This document shows positions 39,301-49,205 of a stretch of DNA of 64,000 bases, piece after piece (position 1 is the first letter of the stretch; each line of letters starts with the position of its first letter). The DNA is from Candidatus Poribacteria bacterium (GTDB taxonomy: Bacteria; Poribacteria; WGA-4E; PCPOR2b). A program made the translations under genes and the position numbers. The stretch spans positions 2,080,001-2,144,000 of the forward strand of contig OZ244587.1 of the NCBI GenBank assembly GCA_965218095.1, written 5' to 3'. The notes beneath the pieces are model-generated. The model was not told the origin of the DNA. It worked only from the letters and a program-made list of their open reading frames with translations, and made no database searches.

Positions 39301-40305
39301 GCTGCCCTGATGCTGCTCAAACACGCTCGCGTCACGGGCGATTCGGAATCGTTGGAAGCTGGACTGAAAGGGCTAAAGTTCATGGAGCGATCCAGCATCC
39401 CGCGTGGCGCACAAACGTGGGAATGTCCGCTTTATGCCCCCGATATCCTCGCAGCAGCCCATGCCCTCGGCGCTTATGTTGAAGCCTACGAGAGCACCAA
39501 CAAGAAACGTTACATGGATTGGGCGGAATACTGGGCAAAAGCAGGACTACCTTTCCTGTATCATTGGCATCTGCCAGTTCGACCCGGTATGCGCTTTGCT
39601 TCTATACCGGTCTTCGGTACAACCTTCTATACCCATTCCTGGTTCGGTGTTCCGGTTCAATGGAACGGACTAGTTTATGCCTACTACCTTCAGCACCTCG
39701 CACGACACAAGCCCGAAAACGGGAACCAGCTTTGGTCCAAAGTTGCAGAGGGGATTACTGTGAGTGCAATGTACCAGCAGTGGACAGAAGGTGAATTGAA
39801 AGGAACGTATCCTGACGGTTTCTACGGTTTCTGCACCGAGGGTCGGGGGCCACACATCAATCCAGAGGGTATCATGGTAAACCTCTATGCCCTGCGCGGA
39901 CTCGATCCAGATATTTCTACCGCGATTCTCCGGAACCAACATGGGCGTATCCACCTGAGCACCGGTGCAAAAATCGAGGCGTTAGATTATGGTGATTCGG
40001 GCAGATTGACTTTCATGCTACGCTATGTTCAACACGAGACAAGCCATAGTATTATTACGGGATACGGCAGTAAATTCCGCAAAGCGGAATCCTCGGCGAA
40101 GTCGGGACCTTCGGCGATTCGGGGGCAAAACGAGGAGATCGCCGCTGTCGATAACCTCGAATCGGTTGAATCCGGCTGGGTTTATCGTGAGGAGAAAGAC
40201 ATCATCTTCATCAAATATAAACACCCAACTGAAGAGATGGATTTTGAAGTCCTTCCTCCGGCAAAAGCGGAAGCCACCCAAAATGAGATTGCGGGTGCGA
40301 TCTAA
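36388..40305 (+). CDS. Large hypothetical multidomain protein (acidic N-terminus, beta-rich modules, probable (alpha/alpha)-barrel)
   Basis: 1305-aa ORF with RBS GGAGG; DWALWGNP, Q..DGSW helical-repeat features; no confident family. Confidence 0.7.
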   Translation: MFTIFHGFLALTTVHANETAGDQENPPDEVVQENLSTEEAEGPKVSSDDDETNESDLKVEQSEDTQPDDEQNNEDVIETHQTVDAEEHNLELNDRTEKSSDNLEAEAVTEEGRMEETSEASEAKTEEAEDQAAEAITTDSDQETSEDAEIPLSFGGIDEVYNFVNEFQHSQSSNAEQTSASTQDSAGGEKKAAIFEHPRADGDARIEYEVTLPQVESNESLILHFSIGLRDGVDFELPHTEPDGVQFAIEISGERRFEGVSVACQWDERLIDLSDFAESTIQIAFLTNCNGAGNTDYDWALWGNPRVLKLTCVSLPVEKGETEPKMRRGLAMGLLEGESPELSVTEFDLETSTLVSEIVDKISQQMQAKVGAAIVELALYTEQPKLELVTAGPTVALIAAKEDFQLQCTIRNNGLVPLEPIHEATVAISRIKLQRGRSTQLLRTLNPGEETAVSWNIRSFSRESVTQVSVALRCQTPTGEIRQTVDKTIAIHPAIPRISNQTALELHTHDLNGHVITENRHLRAVFVRGNQGFEYYLLFAAKNGRYRQVAVCNAISKLCYRDLAGNIQHTRITPSLYRLAGNNRGESIVLLSSEEKDADGVLWSYEGRFSLSEGTKRINVEYRLGANQDRELIAFNGPMLHAGEWASGERKTFALFPGLEFLEDDEPSSSTRDAASPINNRLVPHPYKITVPLMAIEHKKSLVGLVWDALETWDGENNMLSAAFASPNWYEHQRNHLMGLFLPTVPDWVEENHLEISCSSDQIGHPGIVGDARTFTPYPLKANQPITLKAQIIIDGNASILDAISHWTDAYGVLEPLEAPRSDEEELLLSRHGFMHTIWDEKTGKSRHCVGWTPGNAPGFATLLWYDHLVQTQDDAVRDESVRQRVLEIVKSTIQESGAGGLVSTDLCHILKWEAPFYFGHIEAGLDRLKEIMGRLIEVQAEDGSWRFHPTTDRIKTLGNEGDVVLGTCAHAALMLLKHARVTGDSESLEAGLKGLKFMERSSIPRGAQTWECPLYAPDILAAAHALGAYVEAYESTNKKRYMDWAEYWAKAGLPFLYHWHLPVRPGMRFASIPVFGTTFYTHSWFGVPVQWNGLVYAYYLQHLARHKPENGNQLWSKVAEGITVSAMYQQWTEGELKGTYPDGFYGFCTEGRGPHINPEGIMVNLYALRGLDPDISTAILRNQHGRIHLSTGAKIEALDYGDSGRLTFMLRYVQHETSHSIITGYGSKFRKAESSAKSGPSAIRGQNEEIAAVDNLESVESGWVYREEKDIIFIKYKHPTEEMDFEVLPPAKAEATQNEIAGAI

Positions 40306-40436
40306 TACTATTTACAGATCTAATGGCTACTAATGCGCCCTCACCGTAGTGGCGACTTCAGTCGCTGAGGCGAGCGAATATATTTGCCACTGCCGGTTGG
40401 TCGCTGGCTCGCTAAATGAACGAAGGAGAATAACTG

Positions 40437-40685
40437 ATGGCAGATTATTCCATTAAACTTGGCGTCGTTGGCTGTGGGTTTACGGGCAGACAAACGGTCT
40501 TTGCTGCCACCGCACTTCCGTGCATAACCGCCGTTGCCGTTGCAGACCTCTTTCATTACAAGTTGGCGGTGGAAGACGAAGGGCGGCGGCATACCGTAAA
40601 AACGGGCGATGTGGCAGTCCCTGAAGCGCTTAGACCATTGATCCAACGGTTGACGGCTATGACATGCTCAACCCGACGTTCATAG
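40437..40685 (+). pseudogene. Gfo/Idh/MocA N-terminal fragment
   Basis: IKLGVVGCG..AVAVAD then loss of similarity; RBS AAGGAG. Confidence 0.55.
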
Positions 40686-40752
40686 GCGCCGGCGTCCCTT
40701 AGGCTGAAAACAAGCTGCATCTGCAATCCGGGTAAATGAAAAGGAGCTTATT

Positions 40753-41697
40753 ATGTCCATCAAAATCTTGGTTACAAGACGCGAAGATCCAGAAGTTGAA
40801 GCGATACTCGAAGATGTCCCACCGGAAGTCGAGATTCGCTTCTCACCGCCGGGAGCAGCGCTCGGCGATCACGTTTCAGATGTCGAAATTATCTACGGGG
40901 GCATCGGTGAAGCCGATTTCCCCAAAGCCAAATCGTTACGCTGGGTGCAACTACTGTCAGCGGGCGTCGAAGGGATGATGTATCCCGCCTTCAAAGCGAG
41001 CGATGTGATTCTGACCAATTGCCAGAAGCTGTACGGTCTGCAGATTTCAGAACATGCCTTTGCCCTATTGCTGGCGCTCACTCGCAGCATCCCAACTCAA
41101 CTGGAGTTGATGAAACGGAAACATTGGGAGCGTGTCCCGTGCATCGAATTGGCGGGGATGACGATGGGTATTCTAGGGCTTGGCGGAATCGGTCGAGCGA
41201 TTGCAGCGCGCGCAAAGGCGTTTGAGTTCAAGGTGATTGCCATCGATCCAGAGCCAATGGAAAAACTGGATACGGTTGATCAACTCGGAAAACTGGATTG
41301 GCTCTCGGAATTTATGTCGAAATCCAATGTCGTGGTGGTCTGCTGTCCAAGCACTCCTCAGACCCATAAGCTTCTGTCGCACGAGCAGTTTAATCTGCTG
41401 CCGGATGGGAGTTACCTCGTCAATGTCAGCCGAGGCAAGGTGATTGACGAAGACGCCTTAATCGCTGTACTCCGTAGCGGCAAACTCGCAGGCGCAGGAC
41501 TGGATGTCACTTACACCGAGCCGTGTCCGCCAGAGAGCCCGCTCTGGACGGAACCAAACGTGATTTTGACCTCTCATAGCGCAGGCGCATCGCAGAACAT
41601 GCGCGCCCGTGCCACGCGCCTGTTTGTTGATAACCTGCATCGTTATGTCAAGGGCGATCCGTTGGTCAACCTTGTGAATAAGCAAAAGGGATACTAA
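40753..41697 (+). CDS. D-2-hydroxyacid dehydrogenase family protein
   Basis: GLGGIG, NVSRG, GAGLDV..EP, TSHSAG. Confidence 0.9.
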   Translation: MSIKILVTRREDPEVEAILEDVPPEVEIRFSPPGAALGDHVSDVEIIYGGIGEADFPKAKSLRWVQLLSAGVEGMMYPAFKASDVILTNCQKLYGLQISEHAFALLLALTRSIPTQLELMKRKHWERVPCIELAGMTMGILGLGGIGRAIAARAKAFEFKVIAIDPEPMEKLDTVDQLGKLDWLSEFMSKSNVVVVCCPSTPQTHKLLSHEQFNLLPDGSYLVNVSRGKVIDEDALIAVLRSGKLAGAGLDVTYTEPCPPESPLWTEPNVILTSHSAGASQNMRARATRLFVDNLHRYVKGDPLVNLVNKQKGY

Positions 41698-41710
41698 GGG
41701 GAGGAACATA

Positions 41711-42455
41711 ATGCTTACGGAACAGCAAATCAGTCACTTTCAAACCTTCGGATTCCTGATCTTCCAGCAGTTGTTCAGTCCGGACGAACTGAACACCATC
41801 CACGCAGAGTTTGAACCTGCGATGGAGGCTGCATTCCGCGATGAGCCATTCGATGGAACGCGCCGGCATTGGCTGGTAACGATGGGATGGATACACCCTT
41901 CCTTGCCTCGTTGCTAGAAGACCCGCGATTCTGCGAGGCGGCAGAGAACTTTATGGCGACGACGTCTTCGGCATCGCCTCCGATATCAACCGTTACGTTG
42001 GGGATACCCACTGGCATCCCGATACAGGCAGCATCCATCAGTACAGCGTCAAATTCGCCTACTATCTGCAACCGGTGGGGGCGGAAAACGGCGCCTTGCG
42101 GGTGATTCCGGGGTCGCACAAGCAGCCCTTTCATGATGAACTGCGGCAGAAGATGAGCGAGTTAGAGCTTGGTATTCGTGACGTTCCCGCCTACGTCTTC
42201 GAATCGGAGCCGGGCGACGCGATTGCCTTCGATGTGCGGTGCTGGCATGCCAGTTGGGGTGGTGGGATTGATCGCTGGATGTGCGTCCTGGTCTACTACA
42301 ACAACCCCAAGACACCCGAGGAGGAAGAAGCTACCCGAAAACAGATCATCGGCAATGGGATTGACTATGTCCCCTGGGCTGCGAATGCCGAAGGGAATCC
42401 TAGGCGGAAACGGTGGATAGATCGTATGCGAGAGTTGGCTCCCGAAGCGTTTTAA
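41711..42455 (+). pseudogene. Phytanoyl-CoA dioxygenase (PhyH) family, frameshifted
   Basis: Three frames (41711-, 41869-, 42075-) jointly align with the paralogue at 45593; WHPD, IPGSH, CWHAS. Confidence 0.82.
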
Positions 42456-42473
42456 CGGAAAGGAGTGGAGATT

Positions 42474-42890
42474 ATGTTAACCGGTCTGTGGACGATTGGT
42501 ATCAAAGTGCCGAATCTGGAACGAGAGTTGGCATTTCATGAGCAGATGGGCGCCGAGATTGTCCTTGATGAAACACTGGAATTTGATGGCGAATCTTTCC
42601 GTGTACCGCTGGTCAAAATGGGAGATAAATATCTCCACCTGGCGGAGAAGATGGTTTACGAGCGAATGCTGGGTGAGGAGCTGCCCTTCGGTGTAACGCA
42701 CCTAGTCTACATTAGCGATCACCTTGATGAAGATGTCGCCAAAGCCGTTGAGAGCGGCGCCATCCTCATAGGAGACATCGCCGAGGTCTCGGCGGGATTT
42801 GGTGAGCGCAGAGTGGCGTTCATGCGTGCGCCGAGCGGCTGGATTTTTGAGTTCATCGAGATTAAACGCAACCTTGTGCCGGCAGTCTAA
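42474..42890 (+). CDS. VOC/glyoxalase-family protein
   Basis: IGIKVPNLE, GVTHL, VAFMRAPSGWIFEFIE. Confidence 0.75.
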   Translation: MLTGLWTIGIKVPNLERELAFHEQMGAEIVLDETLEFDGESFRVPLVKMGDKYLHLAEKMVYERMLGEELPFGVTHLVYISDHLDEDVAKAVESGAILIGDIAEVSAGFGERRVAFMRAPSGWIFEFIEIKRNLVPAV

Positions 42891-42905
42891 TCCAACGAGT
42901 TGTTG

Positions 42906-42938
42906 AACCTTGCGAAGGTTTGAAACCTTCGCAAGGTT
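42906..42938. repeat. REP-like palindrome (copy of 31211)
   Basis: AACCTTGCGAAGGTTTGAAACCTTCGCAAGGTT. Confidence 0.75.
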
Positions 42939-43387
42939 AAATGTCCAACTTATCTAATCACCATTCCTTAGTGGAAACAGCATAAGTATTTTCACAGGGA
43001 GAGTTGATGATAAAACTTGGTTGTAACAGCCTTGTGCGAGACAGAGACAATCCGGGCCAGTGGATAGACATCGAGACATCGATTTTCAGCTTGATAGGGG
43101 ATTTCGTTCTCTGGATCCGGGCTATCTTTGCCGCGTCAATCCCATTGCCCAAGAGAAGTATCGAGTCGTTGAACGTCGGGTTGCAGATGTCCCGTTTGGC
43201 AAGTTGTTCGCTGCCCTTAAAAACGAGCCGTATCGCGAGCCAGAGTTACCCATTGATGGGAAGGCGTTGGTGCAAGTCATTACTACTGCTGCACAAGCTG
43301 ATGCTGCCGTATCCCGTGATTCACAGCAGTCGGAATCTATGTGTGTGCTTACAATCTTCAATTCAAAATTAGTTAAGGAGTCAACTT

Positions 43388-44398
43388 ATGTCTAAAATCC
43401 GACTGGCGATCATTGGCTGCGGCGGGAATTCCTCGGGCCATGCCCGTAGAATGGACGTCAATCCCGATGTACAGATTGTCGCCGCCTGCGACGTGAACAC
43501 CGACATCGTTAAGGGCTATATCGACCGTAACCTACCAGAGCTTGCGCCGCGTCCAACCGCGTTCGATAATATCCCGAAGATGCTCTCCGAGACAAAACCG
43601 GACGCGGTGCTGATTTCCACGCCGCACACCCTTCACTTTGAACACGGCATGCACGCCCTCAACGCGGGGTGTCATGTCCTCATGGAAAAGCCGATGGTGA
43701 CGTCCGCTCAAGACGCCTATACGATTGCCGAAAAAGTCAGGGAGACAGGGAAGGTGTTTGTCGTCGGTTACAACACCTCCTCCACGGCAAACTTCTATTA
43801 CCTGCGCGAAAGTATCCGCAACAAGACTTTCGGGACGCTGGAGTTGGTGACGGGCTACATCACGCAGGCCTGGCTTCGCCCAACCAAGGGAACATGGCGG
43901 CAGAATCCCCAATTGTCCGGCGGTGGTCAAGCCTATGACAGCGGAGCACACCTGCTCAACAGCCTGTGCTGGTCGGTTGAGTCTAATATCGCTGAGGTCC
44001 ACGCCTTCATTGACAACCACGGCGTTCAGGTGGACATCAACTCGTCCATCAATATTTGCTTTGAAAACGGGGTGTTGGCGGGCATCGTCATCAGCGGCAA
44101 TTGCCCAAGTCCGGGCGGCACCCATGCAGCGTTCATCTTCGACAACGGCCGAATCGAGATCGACGGCTGGGGCGGTGGTTGGATTCGCGTCTATGACGGC
44201 GGGGAACTACTCGACCCACCGCCGATTACTGAGGACATGTCGGCGGGCTCGGCGGACGATAACTTCATTGACGCCATTCTTGGCCGCGCTGAACCCCGCA
44301 CCAGTCCGGTGAACGGTATTATCCACTCTGAGTTGATGGATGCAATCTACGAGTCGGCTCGTACGAGGCTGCCCGCTCGGCCCAAACGGAGAGGATAG
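43388..44398 (+). CDS. Gfo/Idh/MocA oxidoreductase
   Basis: LAIIGCGG, TPHTLH, HVLMEKPM, GGG..D.GAH. Confidence 0.9.
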   Translation: MSKIRLAIIGCGGNSSGHARRMDVNPDVQIVAACDVNTDIVKGYIDRNLPELAPRPTAFDNIPKMLSETKPDAVLISTPHTLHFEHGMHALNAGCHVLMEKPMVTSAQDAYTIAEKVRETGKVFVVGYNTSSTANFYYLRESIRNKTFGTLELVTGYITQAWLRPTKGTWRQNPQLSGGGQAYDSGAHLLNSLCWSVESNIAEVHAFIDNHGVQVDINSSINICFENGVLAGIVISGNCPSPGGTHAAFIFDNGRIEIDGWGGGWIRVYDGGELLDPPPITEDMSAGSADDNFIDAILGRAEPRTSPVNGIIHSELMDAIYESARTRLPARPKRRG

Positions 44399-44499
44399 TA
44401 GATTGGGCTTTCGCTTCGGTCAACTTGTTCAGAAGTGCAGGGGTTCAGGTATTCATTTATGTTTTACGTTTCACGTTTTTACGCAAGGGAGGATAACCG

Positions 44500-45573
44500 A
44501 TGCAAACCTATCGCGCCGCCGTCATCGGCTGTAGCCGAATGGGCGCATTTATCGACAACGAAGGGGGCGGTCACTTGGCAACTGAAGTGACCGACTACCT
44601 GGCACGGACGTTCCCGAAGTCGCACGCCGCCAGCTTTTTTGCGGAGGATCGGACAGACCTCACCGCTTGCGCTGACCTCCGCACAGAGGTCATGGACGAA
44701 TTCGGGAAGCGATACAATGTCCCCAAGGAACGGCAGTACACCGATTACCGGGAGATGATTGAAAAGGAACAGCCCAACATCGTCAGTGTTGCGACGCAGC
44801 CAGAGCAACGCGCTGAAGTCGTTATCCACGCGGCGAAGAACGGCGTCAAAGCTATCTATGCAGAAAAGGCAATGGCGGCGTCAATGGACGAAGCGGATGC
44901 GATGGTGGAGGCAGTGGAGCGCAACGGCGTTGCTTTCAACCTGGGGACAAATCGCCGTTGGGACACCGGCTTCGACAAAATGAAAGAGATCATCGATAGC
45001 GGGGAATTGGGTGCCCTGCAGACGTTGATTATCTACGGCAACGGGTCGCTTTTCAACACTGCCAGCCATAACTTCGACCTCATTCTGCGCCTGAACAGCG
45101 ATGCGCCGGCGTCATGGGTTTCGGCGCATTTGCCGGAGGGTGACCAGATTATCGATGGGAATATCGTCCGCGAAGACCTAAGCGGACAGGGAATGATCCA
45201 GTTTGAAAACGGCGTGACGGCGCATGCCCTTCTCACGCAGCTTGGCTGGGAAGCTGTCTGCGAGAAGGGAAGCGTCGCGAGCTCCAGAGACGGCGCGGTG
45301 TGGCAAATCCGTCGCCAAAGCCGGGTGGAGCCCTTCCCCAGATTTGAGCGCACCAGCAGCGGCGCGAATATCGTCAAAGACCTGATTCACGCCCTGGATA
45401 CCGGCGAACCGACGCGCGGCGGGATGCGTGTCGCACACGCCAGCACGGAGTTGATTTTCGCGTTCATGGAGTCGCATCTGCGGAATGGGGCACGGGTCGA
45501 GCTGCCGTTGAAGGGGAGCAAGTTGCGTTTGCAACGGGATCGAGCGCCACGGCAGCCGAAGTTTAAGCCATGA
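44500..45573 (+). CDS. Gfo/Idh/MocA oxidoreductase
   Basis: AAVIGCSRMG, AEKAMA, TNRRW, ASH..D. Confidence 0.85.
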   Translation: MQTYRAAVIGCSRMGAFIDNEGGGHLATEVTDYLARTFPKSHAASFFAEDRTDLTACADLRTEVMDEFGKRYNVPKERQYTDYREMIEKEQPNIVSVATQPEQRAEVVIHAAKNGVKAIYAEKAMAASMDEADAMVEAVERNGVAFNLGTNRRWDTGFDKMKEIIDSGELGALQTLIIYGNGSLFNTASHNFDLILRLNSDAPASWVSAHLPEGDQIIDGNIVREDLSGQGMIQFENGVTAHALLTQLGWEAVCEKGSVASSRDGAVWQIRRQSRVEPFPRFERTSSGANIVKDLIHALDTGEPTRGGMRVAHASTELIFAFMESHLRNGARVELPLKGSKLRLQRDRAPRQPKFKP

Positions 45574-45592
45574 GGCGGTAAGGAGGAATACC

Positions 45593-46399
45593 ATGCTCAC
45601 AGAACAGCAAGTCAACCACTTTAACACCTTCGGATTCCTGATCTTTCGGCAGTTGTTCAGCCCGGACGAACTAAAAACCATCAACGCCGAGTTTGAACAC
45701 GCCTTGATGTCTGCGTACCACCACGCCCCATTTGATGGCACTTACAGACATTGGGTGCGGACAATGGGCCCCGAGACCCCCTTTTTCGTTTCGCTGCTCG
45801 AAGACTCGCGCTTCTGCGAACCGACAGAACAACTCTACGGGGAGGACGCTCTCGGCATTGTTTCGGATGCTAACCGTTACGTCGGCACCACGCGCTGGCA
45901 TCCAGACCACCGTGTCGATCCGACTGAGGATTGCTACGGCGTCAAATTCGCCTACTATCTCGAACCGGTTGGTGCCGAAAACGGGGCGCTGCGGTTGATT
46001 CCAGGGTCACACAAAAACCCGCTGCACAACAACCTGCGGGACAATCTGGGAGAGTTTGGGTTTGAGATCTGCGACGTTCCTGCCTACGTTTGCGAATCGG
46101 AGCCCGGCGATGTGGTCGCCTTTGACATGCGCTGCTGGCATGCGAGTTGGGGCGGAGCGATTGACCGGCGGATGTGTACGGTGGTCTACTACAAAAACCC
46201 GGAGGGTCCTGAAGAGGAAGCGGCGACCCGAAGGCGAGCCGCCAACAGTGCGAAAGAACCGAATAATTCTGGACTCCCTTTTTCGACTCACCGTGATATC
46301 ATGAGCCACTGGGCTGCCAATCATGAGGGAAGCGAAAAACGTCAGTGTTGGATAGATCGGGAGCGGGATCTCGGATTTTTCGATTATCTCCAAGCCTGA
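45593..46399 (+). CDS. Phytanoyl-CoA dioxygenase (PhyH) family protein
   Basis: WHPD HxD motif, GALRLIPGSH, PGD..FD..CWHAS. Confidence 0.88.
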   Translation: MLTEQQVNHFNTFGFLIFRQLFSPDELKTINAEFEHALMSAYHHAPFDGTYRHWVRTMGPETPFFVSLLEDSRFCEPTEQLYGEDALGIVSDANRYVGTTRWHPDHRVDPTEDCYGVKFAYYLEPVGAENGALRLIPGSHKNPLHNNLRDNLGEFGFEICDVPAYVCESEPGDVVAFDMRCWHASWGGAIDRRMCTVVYYKNPEGPEEEAATRRRAANSAKEPNNSGLPFSTHRDIMSHWAANHEGSEKRQCWIDRERDLGFFDYLQA

Positions 46400-46490
46400 A
46401 GGTCGGACACGGGAAAAGCGCGGGAGCGCCGGAAGCAGATCCGTGTAATCCTACCTATAACATTCTGCTATTACCGATTCGGCGCCAACA

Positions 46491-47642
46491 TTACATTTGA
46501 CCATTTTTACTTCGCATCTCCTGTATTGTGTGGTTGATCTCCTCGAGAACTTCCGGATTGGTTTCCGCTTTTAACTGCGCCTGCAACGACTTTCTCGCAG
46601 CTTCGCCGCCGATTCGTCCCAACGCCCATGCCGCATGTGCGCGGACGAGCGGGTCGTCGTCATTCAACGCCTTTTCGAGGGCAGGCGCCGCGGATGGATG
46701 CTTCCAATTGCCGAGCGCAACCACGATATTCCGCAGAAACCCACGTCGCTTCGCACGCTTGATTGGGCTGTTCTTGAAGCGTTTACTGAACTCCTTTTGC
46801 GTCATGTTAATTAGTGAGAGCAGCTTCGGAGCAAGATTCCCCATCCGTGGATAAAAACCGCGTTCCTTTGTCGGCGTGGCTTTGCTATTCCATGGACAGA
46901 CCTCCTGGCAGATGTCGCAGCCGAAGATCAGGGCGCCCATCTGCGGTCGAAGTTCGCGCGGAATGCTTCCCTTCAGTTCAATGGTGAGGTAGGAAATACA
47001 CAGCCGGGAGTCGAGGACATTTGGGGCAAGGATGGCGTCCGTTGGGCACGCCTCGATGCAGCGGGTGCATGTGCCGCAGCTTCCACGCAGTTGCAGTGGA
47101 TCGGCATCCAACTCGATGCTGACCAGAATGCCTGCGAGGAAGAACCATGATCCTGTCCGCCAGTTGATTACATTTGTGTTTTTGGCAATCCACCCGATTC
47201 CCGCATTTTGAGCGTATTCGCGTTCGAGAACCGGAGCTGTATCCACATAAACTCGGGTTTTTACTTCTTCTTCGGCAGTTTTTTGGATAAATTTCGCTAA
47301 CTGATCCAGTTTCCCGCGGATAATGTCGTGGTAATCCGCCCCCCACGCATACCGAGAAATCTGCCCCCGCGATGGATCGTTGACAAGTTCCTTGGGCGGG
47401 TCGAGCGTGTAGTAATTGATCGCCAACGCGATAATCGATTTGGCTTCAGGAAGAATATTGCGCGGATGGCGCTTCAGCGGGAGATGCCTTTCGAGATAGG
47501 CCATCTCCCCCGCGTAACCATTTTTCAACCATTGTTCGTAAAGATCGATCATCTCACTCGGTTCAGCGGGGATAATCCCGACTAGCTCGAATCCGAGTTT
47601 CTGTGCCCGATCTTTGATCTGTTCGGTCAGAGTCGTGTTCAT
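46491..47642 (-). CDS. queG: Epoxyqueuosine reductase with C-terminal HEAT repeats
   Basis: ISRYAWG.DYH, VDTAPVLER, CGTCTRCIEACPT, CISYLTIE, GCDICQEVCPWN. Confidence 0.93.
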   Translation of the reverse strand: MNTTLTEQIKDRAQKLGFELVGIIPAEPSEMIDLYEQWLKNGYAGEMAYLERHLPLKRHPRNILPEAKSIIALAINYYTLDPPKELVNDPSRGQISRYAWGADYHDIIRGKLDQLAKFIQKTAEEEVKTRVYVDTAPVLEREYAQNAGIGWIAKNTNVINWRTGSWFFLAGILVSIELDADPLQLRGSCGTCTRCIEACPTDAILAPNVLDSRLCISYLTIELKGSIPRELRPQMGALIFGCDICQEVCPWNSKATPTKERGFYPRMGNLAPKLLSLINMTQKEFSKRFKNSPIKRAKRRGFLRNIVVALGNWKHPSAAPALEKALNDDDPLVRAHAAWALGRIGGEAARKSLQAQLKAETNPEVLEEINHTIQEMRSKNGQM

Positions 47643-47698
47643 GGGTCTATGGATTGTGTGCTTATGGGCGTTAAACGTAAAACGTGAAACATGTTCGC

Positions 47699-49078
47699 CT
47701 ATCCACCATTTTTCAAAGCCGGCTTGGCGGTCCACGCCTGCAATTTTGCCATCTCGATGACGCGCTTCCCTTCAAAGCCGGGATAAAACATGGTCCAATC
47801 GAAACGCATTTCCGCGAAATCGGATCGCCCCACAATTGTAGGAACATGGAAATCGGCATCCAGTGGAAGTTCGGCGGGCAGATTTTCATCAGCGGCAATG
47901 GCTTGCAACACTCGGGAAGCAGCTTTGAGGAAACTCCCCGGTGCAATTGCTCGCGGCTCAAGTACGATGGATGCAGGGACACGATGATCGTCGGTAAGTT
48001 TTTCGTTGACCCTCGCCGCCAAATCGAGTAGTGTGTCAACACCAACCGGTTCGTATGCTTCATCGAACTTCAGCGATTGTGTTGGACCAATCAAACGACG
48101 AATTGGTATCATCTGAGGGAGTTTCCCGGTTCGGCGGCGCCAATCCAATGCGAAGACAATCACCCCAAAAATCTCGGCGGGCGAGTAAGAGACGCCATCA
48201 ACAATCTGATAGTTGAGCGCAAGCTGGATCTCCTCCGCAAGCTGGAGGAGGGTGGGTTGATCAATCCAGGTTTGCCGCTCCTTGTACTGCTCATAAAGTT
48301 GCTGGTAATCAATAACTTCAATCCCCTCTCCGACAACGTACGCCACGAAAGCATCGAAATCGCTAATCAACGCCTCAATCTGTGAGGAAGGGCGCATTGG
48401 AGCTGGTGCCCATTCAGATTTTGGCGTGTTCTTACCGTAGCGGAAATTGTCTGAAAATTTGTGTACGAACAAGCGCGCCGGGTGGGTGTATATCACGAGC
48501 GTTCCCTCCCCAATCTTATCACACAGATGACGGAAATCCGCCTTCATCTGTGCCAGGCGATCTTCCACTTCAAAATAGCGATCGAACGCCGTGTGGTAGC
48601 CGATGAAAAGCTGGCTACAGTACCACATCGGCTGACCTGGTGCGAACTCAAATGGGGCATCGCAAAACACGGGCAGTCCCATCAATGCCATGCCGTATGC
48701 GACCTGCGGGCCCCAGCTCTCACCAGGCTTGCAGTGCGCGATTGGGCGTTGCCCTAAAATCTCCTCGACATCGTGGATACCTTGTGATTCCTCATCAATC
48801 ACGCGCTGTACGCCATTATCCCACCCCATCCCATCCAGATACTCCGCATGGAGCGGGTGGCGGGAGTGCCAATCAGAATGAAAATCGATCTCGTGCGCCG
48901 TGAGTGCGTCGATGATATCCTTGCGCCCACGATCTCGTAACACCCGTGCCTTCTCCCCGACGGTGCAGAAGGCGCCGCGACATCCATGTTTCGTCAACAT
49001 GTCAGCCCAGATCTTTACGGTATCATCGATACCGGGGGTTTCATATTCTTCTGTGTCAAATGAAAAAATCAACTGCAT
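47699..49078 (-). CDS. Polysaccharide-deacetylase-like hypothetical protein
   Basis: FSFDTEEY, HEIDFHS..HS.HP, YTHP. Confidence 0.65.
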   Translation of the reverse strand: MQLIFSFDTEEYETPGIDDTVKIWADMLTKHGCRGAFCTVGEKARVLRDRGRKDIIDALTAHEIDFHSDWHSRHPLHAEYLDGMGWDNGVQRVIDEESQGIHDVEEILGQRPIAHCKPGESWGPQVAYGMALMGLPVFCDAPFEFAPGQPMWYCSQLFIGYHTAFDRYFEVEDRLAQMKADFRHLCDKIGEGTLVIYTHPARLFVHKFSDNFRYGKNTPKSEWAPAPMRPSSQIEALISDFDAFVAYVVGEGIEVIDYQQLYEQYKERQTWIDQPTLLQLAEEIQLALNYQIVDGVSYSPAEIFGVIVFALDWRRRTGKLPQMIPIRRLIGPTQSLKFDEAYEPVGVDTLLDLAARVNEKLTDDHRVPASIVLEPRAIAPGSFLKAASRVLQAIAADENLPAELPLDADFHVPTIVGRSDFAEMRFDWTMFYPGFEGKRVIEMAKLQAWTAKPALKNGG

Positions 49079-49205
49079 GAGCCCTCTCCCTTGGTGTTGA
49101 AAACTGAAGCGTGGATTGTGATTCGTATTGCATTCTCAGGTATCAAGCGTTTGCTAATTCCTGCCCCAGCATTGAGGATCGGGGGACGAATGTAACATTG
49201 TCAAA

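Noticed and set aside
43004-43395. Two overlapping ORFs upstream of the Gfo/Idh/MocA gene
   Set aside because: They look like fragments of decayed genes; no family could be supported.
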